Below are positions 39,348 through 51,612 of a DNA stretch of 62,883 nt, piece after piece. The translations under genes were made by a program, and so were the position numbers. Numbering within the stretch: the first letter of the stretch is position 1; every line of letters starts with the position of its first letter. The stretch comes from an uncultured Acetobacteraceae bacterium (GTDB lineage: Bacteria > Pseudomonadota > Alphaproteobacteria > Acetobacterales > Acetobacteraceae), in contig CAXUEX010000001.1 in NCBI GenBank assembly GCA_964250215.1, forward strand, positions 12,015 through 74,897, read 5' to 3'. The notes under the pieces are model-generated. The model ran no database searches and had not been told where the DNA came from. It was given only the letters and a program-made list of their open reading frames with translations.

Positions 39348-40661
39348 ATGGAGCGCGTGGCGGTGATTTTGGCGGCGGGGCTGGGCACGCGCATGAAATC
39401 GGTGCGGCCGAAGGCGGCGCACGCCATCGCCGGCCGACCCATGCTGCTCCATCTCATTGAGGCGGCCGCGCAGGTGTTTTCCCGCATCGTGGTGGTGATC
39501 GGCCCGAATATGCCGGAACTGGAACGCCTGGCGGCGCCACACGCGCTGGTTGTGCAACGCGAACGGCTTGGCACGGGCCATGCCGCTTTGCAGGCGGCTG
39601 GCGCATTTGGCGCCGGCGAGGTGGCGATCCTATTCGCCGACAACCCGCTGATCCGGCCGGACACTTTGTGCGCGCTGCTGGCGGCGCGGCAATCGCGGGG
39701 CGCTGGCTTGGCGCTGATGGCCATGCGCCCCGCCGATCCCGGACAATACGGGCGGCTGGTTGTCCGGGATGGCACCGTGCTGCGCATCGTGGAATGGGCC
39801 GATGCGAGCGAAACCGAGCGGGCGCTTCCGCTGTGCAACGCGGGCGCGCTGTGCGGCGCCGCGCCGCGCCTGGCCAGCTGGTTGCGTGAGATTCGGCCGC
39901 AGAACGCAAAAGGCGAGTTCTATCTGACCGATGTGGTGGCGCTGGCGGTGCGCGACGGAGCCTGCGTGACGTATGCCGAGGGGCCGGAGGCCGAGCTGCG
40001 CGGGATCAATTCGCGTGCGGAACTGGCAGCGGCTGAGGCGGCAATGCAGGTGCGTTTGCGCGCGGCGGCGATGTCCGGCGGCGCGAGTTTCACGGCGCCG
40101 GAGACGGTTTTTCTATCCTTCGACACCGTGCTGGCGCCGGATACGGAAATTGGGCCTTTCACCGTGTTCGGGCCGGGCGTGCTTGTGGAGGGGGCAGCGG
40201 AAATCCGCGCCTTCAGCCATCTGGAGGGATGCCGCGTGCAGGCAGGCGCGGTGGTGGGACCATATGCGCGGCTGCGGCCCGGCACGGTGGTGGGGCCTGG
40301 CGCGCATGTGGGCAATTTCGTGGAGCTGAAAGCGGTTTCGCTCGGCGCGGGTGCCAAGGCCAACCATCTGACCTATCTGGGCGATGCCGAAATCGGCGCC
40401 GGCACGAATATCGGCGCCGGCACGATCACTTGCAACTATGATGGTTTCGCCAAGCACCGGACGCGCATCGGGGCGAACGTGTTCGTGGGATCGGATGCTG
40501 TACTGGTAGCGCCGGTGGCGCTGGGCGATGGCGCGTTCGTGGCGGCGGGCAGCGTGATCACCGAAAATGTGGCGCCGGACGCGATGGCTTTCGGCCGGGC
40601 GCGCCAGGCGGCCAAGCCCGGTGCCGGCGCGGCATTTCGGGCGCGAAAGGGAAAGCGCTGA
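39348..40661 (+). CDS. glmU: bifunctional UDP-GlcNAc diphosphorylase / GlcN-1-P N-acetyltransferase
   Basis: MERVAVILAAGLGTRMKS N-terminus and C-terminal left-handed beta-helix hexapeptide repeats (NFVELK..., ANHLTYLGDAEIGAGTNIGAGTITCNYDG). Confidence 0.9.
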   Translation: MERVAVILAAGLGTRMKSVRPKAAHAIAGRPMLLHLIEAAAQVFSRIVVVIGPNMPELERLAAPHALVVQRERLGTGHAALQAAGAFGAGEVAILFADNPLIRPDTLCALLAARQSRGAGLALMAMRPADPGQYGRLVVRDGTVLRIVEWADASETERALPLCNAGALCGAAPRLASWLREIRPQNAKGEFYLTDVVALAVRDGACVTYAEGPEAELRGINSRAELAAAEAAMQVRLRAAAMSGGASFTAPETVFLSFDTVLAPDTEIGPFTVFGPGVLVEGAAEIRAFSHLEGCRVQAGAVVGPYARLRPGTVVGPGAHVGNFVELKAVSLGAGAKANHLTYLGDAEIGAGTNIGAGTITCNYDGFAKHRTRIGANVFVGSDAVLVAPVALGDGAFVAAGSVITENVAPDAMAFGRARQAAKPGAGAAFRARKGKR

Positions 40662-42487
40662 TGTGCGGCATCGTCGGTGTGATCGGGCGCGGGGCGGCCA
40701 CCCCGAAGCTGCTGGATGCGCTGCAGCGCCTGGAATATCGCGGCTACGACAGTGCCGGCATTGCCACTCTGGTGAATGGCCACATCGAACGCCGCCGCGC
40801 GGAGGGCAAGCTGGCCAATCTGGCGCGCGCGATCGAAGCGCAACCGCTGCCTGGCAGCACCGGCATCGGGCACACGCGCTGGGCAACGCACGGCGCACCC
40901 ACGGAGACGAACGCGCATCCGCACGGCACGGTGCGGGTGAGCCTGGTGCATAACGGGATTATCGAGAACCATGCCGAGCTGCGGCGCGAGCTGGAGGCGG
41001 CCGGCCAGGAATTCTCCACCGAGACCGACACCGAAACGGTAGCGCAACTGCTGGATTATTTGCTGGCGCAAGGGGCTTCTCCGGAGGAAGCGGCGCGCGA
41101 TGCGTTCCGACGGCTGGAAGGAGCTTATGCGCTGGCCGCCATCTTTGCCGGGCATGGCGAGCTGATGATCGGCGCGCAGCACGGTGCGCCGCTGGCGGTG
41201 GGATATGGCGAGGGCGAGATGTATCTCGGCTCCGACGCGCTGGCGCTTGCGCCGCTAACCCGCCAGATCGCGTATCTGCACGATGGCGATTGGACGGTGG
41301 TTTCCGGCGATGGCGCGCGCGTGTTTGAGGCTTCGGGCGCAGAAGCGCGGCGCGAGGTGAAGCAGACGGCGCTTTCCGGTGCGGCGATCGGCAAGGGCGG
41401 CTTCCGGCATTACATGGAAAAGGAGCTGCACGAGCATCCGGCCGTGATCGGCGACAGTCTGCGCCGCATGGTGGATCCAGCAACGCGGGCGGTGACGCTG
41501 CCGGAACTGCCGGTGGATTTCGCGCAGGTGCCGCGCGCCACGTTCACGGCCTGCGGCTCGGCGTTCTATGCTGCGTTGGTTGGCCGCAACTGGTTTGAAT
41601 CGCTGGCCAGATTGCCGGCGGACGCGGATGTGGCGAGTGAGTTCCGCTATCGCGAGCCGCCGCTGCCGCCGGGAGGTTTAGGCTTGCTCGTGAGCCAGAG
41701 CGGCGAGACGGCCGATACATTGGCCGCCCTGCGGACCATGAAGGCCGCGGGACAGAAGATAGTATCGGTGCTGAACGTGCCGGAGAGCAGCATGGCGCGC
41801 GAAAGCGATGCGGTGCTGCGCACGGTGGCGGGCCCGGAAATCGGCGTGGCGAGCACGAAGGCGTTCACGGCGCAGCTTGCGGTGCTGGCCTGCCTGGCAA
41901 TCGCGGCGGCGCGGGCGCGCGGCACGATTGACGCGGCGCGCGAGGGCGCGTTGACGCAGGCACTGCTGCATGTGCCGGGGCTGGCAGCAGAAATCCTGGA
42001 CCGGTCGGGTGACGCGGTGCAGCGCATCGCCGCGCGCGTGGCGGAAGCGCGGGACGTGCTGTATCTCGGCCGCGGCAATTGCTTTCCGATCGCCATGGAA
42101 GGCGCGCTGAAGCTGAAGGAGATCAGCTACATCCATGCGGAGGGATATGCCGCTGGCGAAATGAAGCACGGGCCGATCGCGCTGATCGATCGCGCGGTGC
42201 CGATCATTGGGCTGGCCCCGTCCGGGCCGCTGTTCGAAAAGACTGCATCCAATTTGCAGGAGGCGCAGGCGCGCGGCGGACAGATCGTGCTGTTCACCGA
42301 TGCGGCCGGCGCCGAGCGTCTGGGCCATATCGCGGTGGAGACGCTGGTGCTGCCGGATGTGGATCCGTTCGCGGCACCCTTGCTGTATGCAATCCCCGTT
42401 CAGTGGCTCGCGTATTGCGTGGCGGTGCTGAAGGGCACGGATGTGGACCAGCCGCGCAACCTGGCAAAGTCGGTGACGGTGGAGTGA
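40661..42487 (+). CDS. glmS: glutamine--fructose-6-phosphate aminotransferase
   Basis: MCGIVG N-terminal nucleophile, two SIS domains and a C-terminal ...NLAKSVTVE. 1-nt overlap (TGATG) with glmU. Confidence 0.95.
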   Translation: MCGIVGVIGRGAATPKLLDALQRLEYRGYDSAGIATLVNGHIERRRAEGKLANLARAIEAQPLPGSTGIGHTRWATHGAPTETNAHPHGTVRVSLVHNGIIENHAELRRELEAAGQEFSTETDTETVAQLLDYLLAQGASPEEAARDAFRRLEGAYALAAIFAGHGELMIGAQHGAPLAVGYGEGEMYLGSDALALAPLTRQIAYLHDGDWTVVSGDGARVFEASGAEARREVKQTALSGAAIGKGGFRHYMEKELHEHPAVIGDSLRRMVDPATRAVTLPELPVDFAQVPRATFTACGSAFYAALVGRNWFESLARLPADADVASEFRYREPPLPPGGLGLLVSQSGETADTLAALRTMKAAGQKIVSVLNVPESSMARESDAVLRTVAGPEIGVASTKAFTAQLAVLACLAIAAARARGTIDAAREGALTQALLHVPGLAAEILDRSGDAVQRIAARVAEARDVLYLGRGNCFPIAMEGALKLKEISYIHAEGYAAGEMKHGPIALIDRAVPIIGLAPSGPLFEKTASNLQEAQARGGQIVLFTDAAGAERLGHIAVETLVLPDVDPFAAPLLYAIPVQWLAYCVAVLKGTDVDQPRNLAKSVTVE

Positions 42488-42488
42488 C

Positions 42489-42517
42489 CGGCGGGGCGGT
42501 GCCCGCCGATGTTTTCT
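42489..42517 (+). terminator. rho-independent terminator after glmS
   Basis: CGGCGGG-GCGGTG-CCCGCCG (7-bp GC stem, 6-nt loop) followed by ATGTTTTCT. Starts 2 nt after the glmS stop. Confidence 0.5.
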
Positions 42518-43943
42518 ACACCGAGTAGTACATCTCGAATTCCACGGGATGCGGCGTGTGTTCGAAGCGAAATACCTCGGTCCACTTCAGATCGATGTAG
42601 CTCTCGATCTGGTCCTTTCCGAACACGTCGCCGGTCAGCAGGAAATCGTGGTCGGCGGCCAGCGCACCGAGCGCCTCGCGCAAGGACCCGCACACGGTGG
42701 GAATGCCCTTCAGCTCCTCGGGCGGCAGGTCGTAGAGGTCCTTGTCCATCGGGTCGCCGGGGTGAATCTTGTTTCGGATACCGTCCAATCCCGCCATCAG
42801 CATGGCGGCGAACGCCAGATACGGATTGGCGGTGGGATCGGGAAACCGCACCTCCACGCGCTTGGCTTTCGGGTTTGTGGCATACGGGATGCGGCACGAG
42901 GCCGAACGGTTACGCGCCGAATAGGCCAGCAGCACCGGCGCCTCGAAACCCGGAATCAGCCGCTTGTAGCTGTTCGTACTGGGGTTGGTGAAGGCGTTCA
43001 GCGCCTTTGCATGCTTGATGATTCCGCCGATGTAGTGCAGCGCCATTTCCGATAGATCGGCGTACGCGTTGCCAGCAAACAGCGGCTTGCCGCTCTTCCA
43101 GATCGATTGGTGCACGTGCATGCCGCTGCCGTTGTCGCCATACACCGGTTTCGGCATGAAAGTGGCGGTCTTGCCGTAGCTGTGCGCCACGTTGTGGATG
43201 CAGTATTTGTAGATCTGCAGGTGGTCCGCCATGCGCACCAGCGGGCCGAATTTCATGCCAAGCTCGTGCTGGCTCTGCGCCACTTCGTGGTGGTGCTTCT
43301 CCACGATCACGCCCATCTCGCCCATGGAGCTGAGCATCTCGGCGCGCAGATCGCTCTCGCTGTCCACCGGCGGCACCGGGAAATAGCCGCCCTTGATGCC
43401 GGGGCGGTGGCCCATATTGCCTTCCGGATAGTCCTTGAGCGACGCCTGCGGGCCTTCCTGGCTGTCGAGCTGGTAGATGCCGTAATTGCCGCCGGTGCCG
43501 AACTTCACTGTGTCGAACACGAAAAATTCGGCTTCGGGGCCAAAGAAAGCAGTGTCGCCGATACCGGAGGCTTTCAGATACTGCTCGGCTTTTTTGGCGG
43601 TCCCGCGCGGATCGCGGCTGTACGGCTGGCCGGTGGAAGGCTCCACGATGTCACAGAAAAGAATCAAGCTCGGCTTGGCCGAGAACGGGTCCATCGTCGC
43701 GGTGGCCGCATCCGGCATCAGGATCATGTCGCTCTCGTTAATCGCCTTCCAGCCGGCGATCGAGGAACCATCGAACATGATGCCGTCACGGAACACGTCT
43801 TCGTCGATGGTGCTCACGTGCTGCGCGGTGTGCTGCCACTTGCCGCGCGGATCGGTGAAGCGGAGATCGACATACTCCACCGAATTCTCCCGCAGCAGCT
43901 CCATCACGTGCTCGGGCCCGTGCGCCTCGTCGTGTTTCGCCAT
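42516..43943 (-). CDS. glnA: glutamine synthetase type I
   Basis: 475 aa. [15 protein letters not shown], the [10 protein letters not shown] region and the adenylylation-loop region ...[10 protein letters not shown]. Confidence 0.95.
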   Translation of the reverse strand: MAKHDEAHGPEHVMELLRENSVEYVDLRFTDPRGKWQHTAQHVSTIDEDVFRDGIMFDGSSIAGWKAINESDMILMPDAATATMDPFSAKPSLILFCDIVEPSTGQPYSRDPRGTAKKAEQYLKASGIGDTAFFGPEAEFFVFDTVKFGTGGNYGIYQLDSQEGPQASLKDYPEGNMGHRPGIKGGYFPVPPVDSESDLRAEMLSSMGEMGVIVEKHHHEVAQSQHELGMKFGPLVRMADHLQIYKYCIHNVAHSYGKTATFMPKPVYGDNGSGMHVHQSIWKSGKPLFAGNAYADLSEMALHYIGGIIKHAKALNAFTNPSTNSYKRLIPGFEAPVLLAYSARNRSASCRIPYATNPKAKRVEVRFPDPTANPYLAFAAMLMAGLDGIRNKIHPGDPMDKDLYDLPPEELKGIPTVCGSLREALGALAADHDFLLTGDVFGKDQIESYIDLKWTEVFRFEHTPHPVEFEMYYSV

Positions 43944-43994
43944 GTGACCTCGATGTCCCCAAAAAAAGCGTGCGCCGATCGGCGCGGATGGTAG

Positions 43995-44010
43995 TGCAAG
44001 AAGAAGGCCA
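43995..44010 (-). promoter_or_regulatory. sigma54-type promoter upstream of glnA
   Basis: The reverse strand reads TGGCCTTCTTCTTGCA, with GG-N10-GC spacing as in TGGCACG-N4-TTGCW. Located between the glnB stop and the glnA start. Confidence 0.45.
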
Positions 44011-44036
44011 GTTAGCCTGCCCCTGGACTTCCCTCC

Positions 44037-46535
<2,499 letters not shown>

Positions 46536-46539
<4 letters not shown>

Positions 46540-47735
46540 GCGCGGGCTTCCTGCACCGCGCGCACCACTTTCTCGGCGGCATCGGCGAGGTTGTCGGCCG
46601 AAATGATCTTCAGCCCGGAATTGGCCAGGATTTCCTTGCCCAGCGCCACGTTCGTGCCTTCCAGCCGCACCACCAGCGGCACATCCAGCGAAACCTCGCG
46701 CGCCGCCGCCACCACGCCCTCGGCGATCACGTCGCAGCGCATGATGCCGCCGAAGATGTTCACCAGGATGCCTTCCACGTTCGGATCGGAGAGGATGATC
46801 TTGAACGCGGCTGTCACTTTCTCGCGCGTGGCGCCGCCGCCGACATCGAGGAAATTCGCCGGCGAGGAGCCATACAGCTTGATGATGTCCATGGTTGCCA
46901 TGGCGAGGCCGGCGCCGTTCACCATGCAGCCGATCACCCCATCCAGCGCCACGTAGTTCAGATCGAAGCGCGCGGCTTCCAGCTCCTTCGGATCCTCCTC
47001 GGATTCGTCGCGCAATGGGCCGAGCTCGGGGTGGCGAAACAGCGCATTGTCGTCGAAACTGATTTTGGCATCCAGCGCCACGAGCTCCCCGGCATCGGTG
47101 ACAACCAGCGGGTTGATTTCCACCGTGGAGCCATCGAGCGCCGTGAAAGCGCGGTAGGCGGCATCCACCAGCTTGCCGAACGCCGAAAGCGTTTTGCCGG
47201 AAAGTCCCAAGCCGAAACCGAGCCGGCGCCCGTGATAGGCCGAGAGCCCGGCCGCCGGATCGACCGTGGCGCGCAGGATTTTCTCCGGCTGCGCCGCTGC
47301 AACGTCTTCGATTTCCATGCCGCCCTCGCTGCTGGCGACGATGACCACGCGCGAGCTGGCGCGATCGATGAGCAGCGACAGATAAAGCTCGCGCGCAATG
47401 TCGCAGCCGGCTTCCACATACACGCGCCGCACGTCGCGTCCGGCAGGGCCGGTCTGTTTCGTGATCAGATTATGGCCCAGCATGGCTTCGGCTGCTTCGC
47501 GCACTTCCGCGCCGGAACGTGCCAGGCGCACGCCGCCGCTTCCTTTCGGATCGTCACGGAACCGCCCAGCGCCGCGGCCGCCGGCGTGGATTTGGGATTT
47601 CACCACATAGACAGGGCCGGGAAGCTTGCTGGCGCTTTGCTCGGCTTCTTCCGGCGTCCACGCAACGAAGCCGGGCAGCACGGGCACGCCGTAGCCGCGC
47701 AGCAGTTCCTTGGCCTGGTATTCGTGGATGTTCAT
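46536..47735 (-). CDS. sucC: succinyl-CoA synthetase beta subunit
   Basis: [12 protein letters not shown]..., ATP-grasp domain and [15 protein letters not shown]. 4-nt overlap with sucD. Confidence 0.95.
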
Positions 47736-47747
47736 GGGCGCCCAAAG

Positions 47748-47784
47748 ATGAAAGTTCTTTGAATCTTTCTTGCAAGAAAGAACA
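47748..47784. repeat. AT-rich palindromic repeat, copy A
   Basis: ATGAAAGTTCTTTGAATCTTTCTTGCAAGAAAGAACA fills most of the 55-nt mdh-sucC spacer. Confidence 0.65.
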
Positions 47785-47790
47785 TTTCTT

Positions 47791-48774
<984 letters not shown>

Positions 48775-48810
48775 CTAGCCGATAGGCTCGCCGCTGGCCA
48801 GGGCCGGCGC

Positions 48811-49857
48811 TCAGGCCGCCTTCTCGCCCCGCAGCCCATGCACCCGCAGATGGTGCCGGAACTGATAGTAGCTCAACCCCAGCCGCCGCGCCGCCTCGGC
48901 CTGGTTGAACCGGCACGCCTCCAGCGCTTGTGTCAGCAGCCGCTTCTCGTAAGCCTTCGTCGCCGTCTCGAAATCCGTCCCCTCGCCCGCGGGGGCCAGC
49001 TTGGTGTCCAGATGCTGGGGGATCGGTTGCGGCAATGTGGCGGCCATATTTGCCGGCACCGGCCGGTGCGGCGAAGCGAACGGATCCAGGATGACGTCAC
49101 TCAGCCGTTTTCGCGGGTCGGCCATGCGATAAACGCTGCGCTCCACGGCGTTGCGCAGCTCGCGCACATTGCCCGGCCAATCGTGTGCCAGCAGCGCCGC
49201 CTCGGCTTTCGGCGCAAAGCCGGCGAAAAAGTCGCGGCCGAGCTCTGCGGTCATCTTCTGTGCGAAATGTTCGGCGATCAGCCCGATGTCCTCGCGCCGG
49301 GCGCGCAGCGGCGGCACCGTGATCACGTCGAAGCTTAACCGGTCCAGCAGATCGGCGCGGAATTTTCCAGTCGCCGCCAGTTCGGGAAGGTTCACGTTGG
49401 TGGCGGCCACGATGCGCACATCCACGCGCAGCGTCTCCGCCCCGCCGACGCGTTCGAACTGGCCATATTCGATGACCCGCAGCAGCTTCTCCTGCACTGC
49501 GGCGCTGGCGGTGGCGATCTCGTCGAGGAAGATCGTGCCGCGATCGGCCTGCTCGAACCGCCCCGGGCGCCGCCGTTGCGCGCCGGTGAAAGCGCCCGCC
49601 TCGTGGCCGAACAGCTCGGTATCCAGCAGCGTCTCGGGCAGCGCGGCGCAGTTCAGCTTCACGAACGGCGCGTCCCAGCGCGCGGAGAGAAACGCCAGCC
49701 GGCCGGCCACCAGTTCCTTGCCGGTGCCGCGCTCGCCAATAACCAGCACGGGCCGGTTCAGCGGCGCAGCCTGGCTGACATGGGCCAGCATGTCGAGGAA
49801 GGCGGGGGCTTGGCCGATCGGAGTGGGAAGTTCGGGCTGGGTTGCCAGTCGGGCCAT
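48811..49857 (-). CDS. pspF: sigma54-dependent activator PspF (no receiver domain)
   Basis: GERGTGKE Walker A, ELFGHEAGAFTGA (GAFTGA loop) and a C-terminal Fis-type HTH (NQAEAARRLGLSYYQFRHHL). Divergent from pspABC. Confidence 0.85.
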   Translation of the reverse strand: MARLATQPELPTPIGQAPAFLDMLAHVSQAAPLNRPVLVIGERGTGKELVAGRLAFLSARWDAPFVKLNCAALPETLLDTELFGHEAGAFTGAQRRRPGRFEQADRGTIFLDEIATASAAVQEKLLRVIEYGQFERVGGAETLRVDVRIVAATNVNLPELAATGKFRADLLDRLSFDVITVPPLRARREDIGLIAEHFAQKMTAELGRDFFAGFAPKAEAALLAHDWPGNVRELRNAVERSVYRMADPRKRLSDVILDPFASPHRPVPANMAATLPQPIPQHLDTKLAPAGEGTDFETATKAYEKRLLTQALEACRFNQAEAARRLGLSYYQFRHHLRVHGLRGEKAA

Positions 49858-49972
49858 GGCTTGGTGTGTCCTGCCAGAACTTGGCAAAAATACCTTAGCC
49901 GACCACGCCTGGTTCCCGCAACTCCCCGAAAAAAGCTATTTGGTTGAATAGGTTAAATACGCATCGAGGCTC

Positions 49973-49988
49973 TGGCACGCGGGATGCA
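49973..49988 (+). promoter_or_regulatory. sigma54 (-24/-12) promoter of the psp operon
   Basis: TGGCACGCGGGATGCA against the consensus TGGCACG-N4-TTGCW. GG and GC are correctly spaced, with one mismatch in the -12 box. It lies ~50 nt upstream of the 50041 ATG and faces away from pspF. Confidence 0.6.
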
Positions 49989-50040
49989 AACCAGTTGGCC
50001 AGGCTCTCCTGATGAGGGCCGCCAAATAGGGAGACAAGCC

Positions 50041-50235
50041 ATGACCACTATGACGCTCAATGCTTCGGGCCCGATGTTTCGCGTGGTGAGCCGCCCGGTC
50101 GCCAAGGCTCGCACGGTGCGCCCCGAACTCACCGGCCGCGACCCGTTCGCCGATACGTATGGCGCGATGGGCCTGCGCTTCTGCCTGGCTTCGGTGCCGT
50201 TCGCGGCCCTCGCCTGGCTGTTCATCGCCTTCTAG
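50041..50235 (+). CDS. small tail-anchored membrane protein, first ORF of the psp operon (unannotated type)
   Basis: 64 aa (MTTMTLNASGPMF...GLRFCLASVPFAALAWLFIAF). GGGAGA lies 6 nt upstream of the ATG. Strong third-position G/C bias. Single C-terminal hydrophobic helix. Only 27 nt separate it from pspA. Confidence 0.5.
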   Translation: MTTMTLNASGPMFRVVSRPVAKARTVRPELTGRDPFADTYGAMGLRFCLASVPFAALAWLFIAF

Positions 50236-50262
50236 ATTGCTCAGCGTAAAGGAACCGCTGTC

Positions 50263-50955
50263 ATGGGTATATTTTCCCGCCTGGCCGATATCGTGAACTC
50301 CAACCTCAACGCGCTGCTGGCCAGCGCCGAGGATCCGGAGAAGATCATCCGGCTGATCATCCAGGAAATGGAGGATACGCTCGTAGAGGTGCGTTCCTCC
50401 GCGGTGCGCAGCATCGCCGAGCGCCGCGAACTGGAACGCCGTTCGGAGGCGTTGCGCCGCGAGGAGGAGGAGTGGCAGCGGAAAGCCGAACTGGCGCTGT
50501 CGCGCGGCCGCGAGGATCTGGCGCGCGGCGCATTGCTGGCGCGATCGCACCGCGCGCAGGCAAGGGCCAGCCTGGAGCAGCAGGTGGCGGTGATCGCCGG
50601 CGCGCTGGCGCAGCAGAACGAGGACATCGCGAAGCTGCAGGCGAAGCTGGCGGACGCGAAATCGCGCGAGCGCTCGCTGGCCGCCCGCCGCACCACGGCC
50701 GGCAACCGGCTGCGGGTGCGCGAGAAGCTGCACGACGATCGGATTCACGATGCCTTCTTCCGCTTCGAGCAGGCGGAGCGTTCGCTCGACGAAATGGAGG
50801 GGAGGGTGGAGGCATACGACCTCGGCCGTGGTAATGGCGGGCCGCCGACGCTGGAGCAGGAACTGGCCGGCTTGCAGGAAGATGCCAGCGTGGATGCCGA
50901 GCTGGAGGCGCTGAAGAGCCGCATGGGCAACCAGATGCCGGCCAAGGAAGGGTAG
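50263..50955 (+). CDS. pspA: phage shock protein A
   Basis: MGIFSRLADIVNSNLNALLASAEDPEKIIRLIIQEMEDTL is the canonical PspA/IM30 N-terminus, followed by a long coiled coil. Confidence 0.9.
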   Translation: MGIFSRLADIVNSNLNALLASAEDPEKIIRLIIQEMEDTLVEVRSSAVRSIAERRELERRSEALRREEEEWQRKAELALSRGREDLARGALLARSHRAQARASLEQQVAVIAGALAQQNEDIAKLQAKLADAKSRERSLAARRTTAGNRLRVREKLHDDRIHDAFFRFEQAERSLDEMEGRVEAYDLGRGNGGPPTLEQELAGLQEDASVDAELEALKSRMGNQMPAKEG

Positions 50956-50962
50956 GCGCGGC

Positions 50963-51202
50963 ATGACCGACAACGAGGCCCTGGTCGCGGTCGCCTCGCT
51001 GCTGCTGGTGATCGTGGTGCCGATCGTGCTGATCGGCTACTTCGTGACCAAGTGGCGGGCGCAACGCGCCGACCCGGAGGCAGCCCGGGATGCCGAAGTG
51101 CTGCGCGAGACGGCCCGGCGCATGGAAGCGCGCATCGAGAACCTGGAAAGCATCCTCGACACACAAGCGCCCGGGTGGCGCGGCAGGAGTGGAACGCGAT
51201 GA
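50963..51202 (+). CDS. pspB: envelope stress response membrane protein PspB
   Basis: One TM helix followed by RRMEARIENLESILDTQAPGWR, matching the E. coli PspB RMRERIQALESILDAEHPNWR. Confidence 0.85.
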   Translation: MTDNEALVAVASLLLVIVVPIVLIGYFVTKWRAQRADPEAARDAEVLRETARRMEARIENLESILDTQAPGWRGRSGTR

Positions 51203-51543
51203 GTGCCCGGACCTATCCCGCGATAGAAATGCTGCACCGCCCGCGTCGGCTGCTGGCCGGCGTGTGCGCGAAACTCGCCGAGCGCGCCAGCGTGCCGGTG
51301 TGGCTACCGCGCGCGTTGTTCGTGGGATTGCTGGTGATCCACACGGTGCCGGCGATACTGCTGTATGGCGGGCTGGCTTTTTTCTGGCGCGACGCGCGGC
51401 GGGAAACACCGCCTGTGCCGGTGCGGCCGTGGCAGAGCCCTGCGCAGCGCATCAGCGATCTGGAAGCGCGGCTGGCGTCGCTGGAGGCGGAGGCGCTTTC
51501 GTCGGAAGCCGGACTGCGGCGGCAGTTCCGCGATTTGGGCTGA
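51199..51543 (+). CDS. pspC: envelope stress response membrane protein PspC
   Basis: LHRPRRLLAGVCAKLAERASVPVWLPRALFV PspC domain, a TM helix and a C-terminal leucine-zipper-like region. ATGA overlap with pspB. Confidence 0.85.
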   Translation: MSARTYPAIEMLHRPRRLLAGVCAKLAERASVPVWLPRALFVGLLVIHTVPAILLYGGLAFFWRDARRETPPVPVRPWQSPAQRISDLEARLASLEAEALSSEAGLRRQFRDLG

Positions 51544-51586
51544 CAGATCGCTTTTCAACCCTTTGGCAACCCGCAGATGCTTTGAT

Positions 51587-51611
51587 GCGCACCCGGAACT
51601 CCCGGGTGCGC
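51587..51611 (+). terminator. 10-bp GC hairpin after pspC, abutting the next start codon (no U-tract)
   Basis: GCGCACCCGG-AACTC-CCGGGTGCGC is a perfect inverted repeat ending 1 nt before ATG 51613. Confidence 0.4.
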
Positions 51612-51612
51612 C

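Noticed and set aside
51564-51580. sigma54-like TGGCAA...TGC motif after pspC
   Set aside because: The GG-to-GC spacing is two nucleotides too long relative to the -24/-12 consensus, and no activator gene context supports it.
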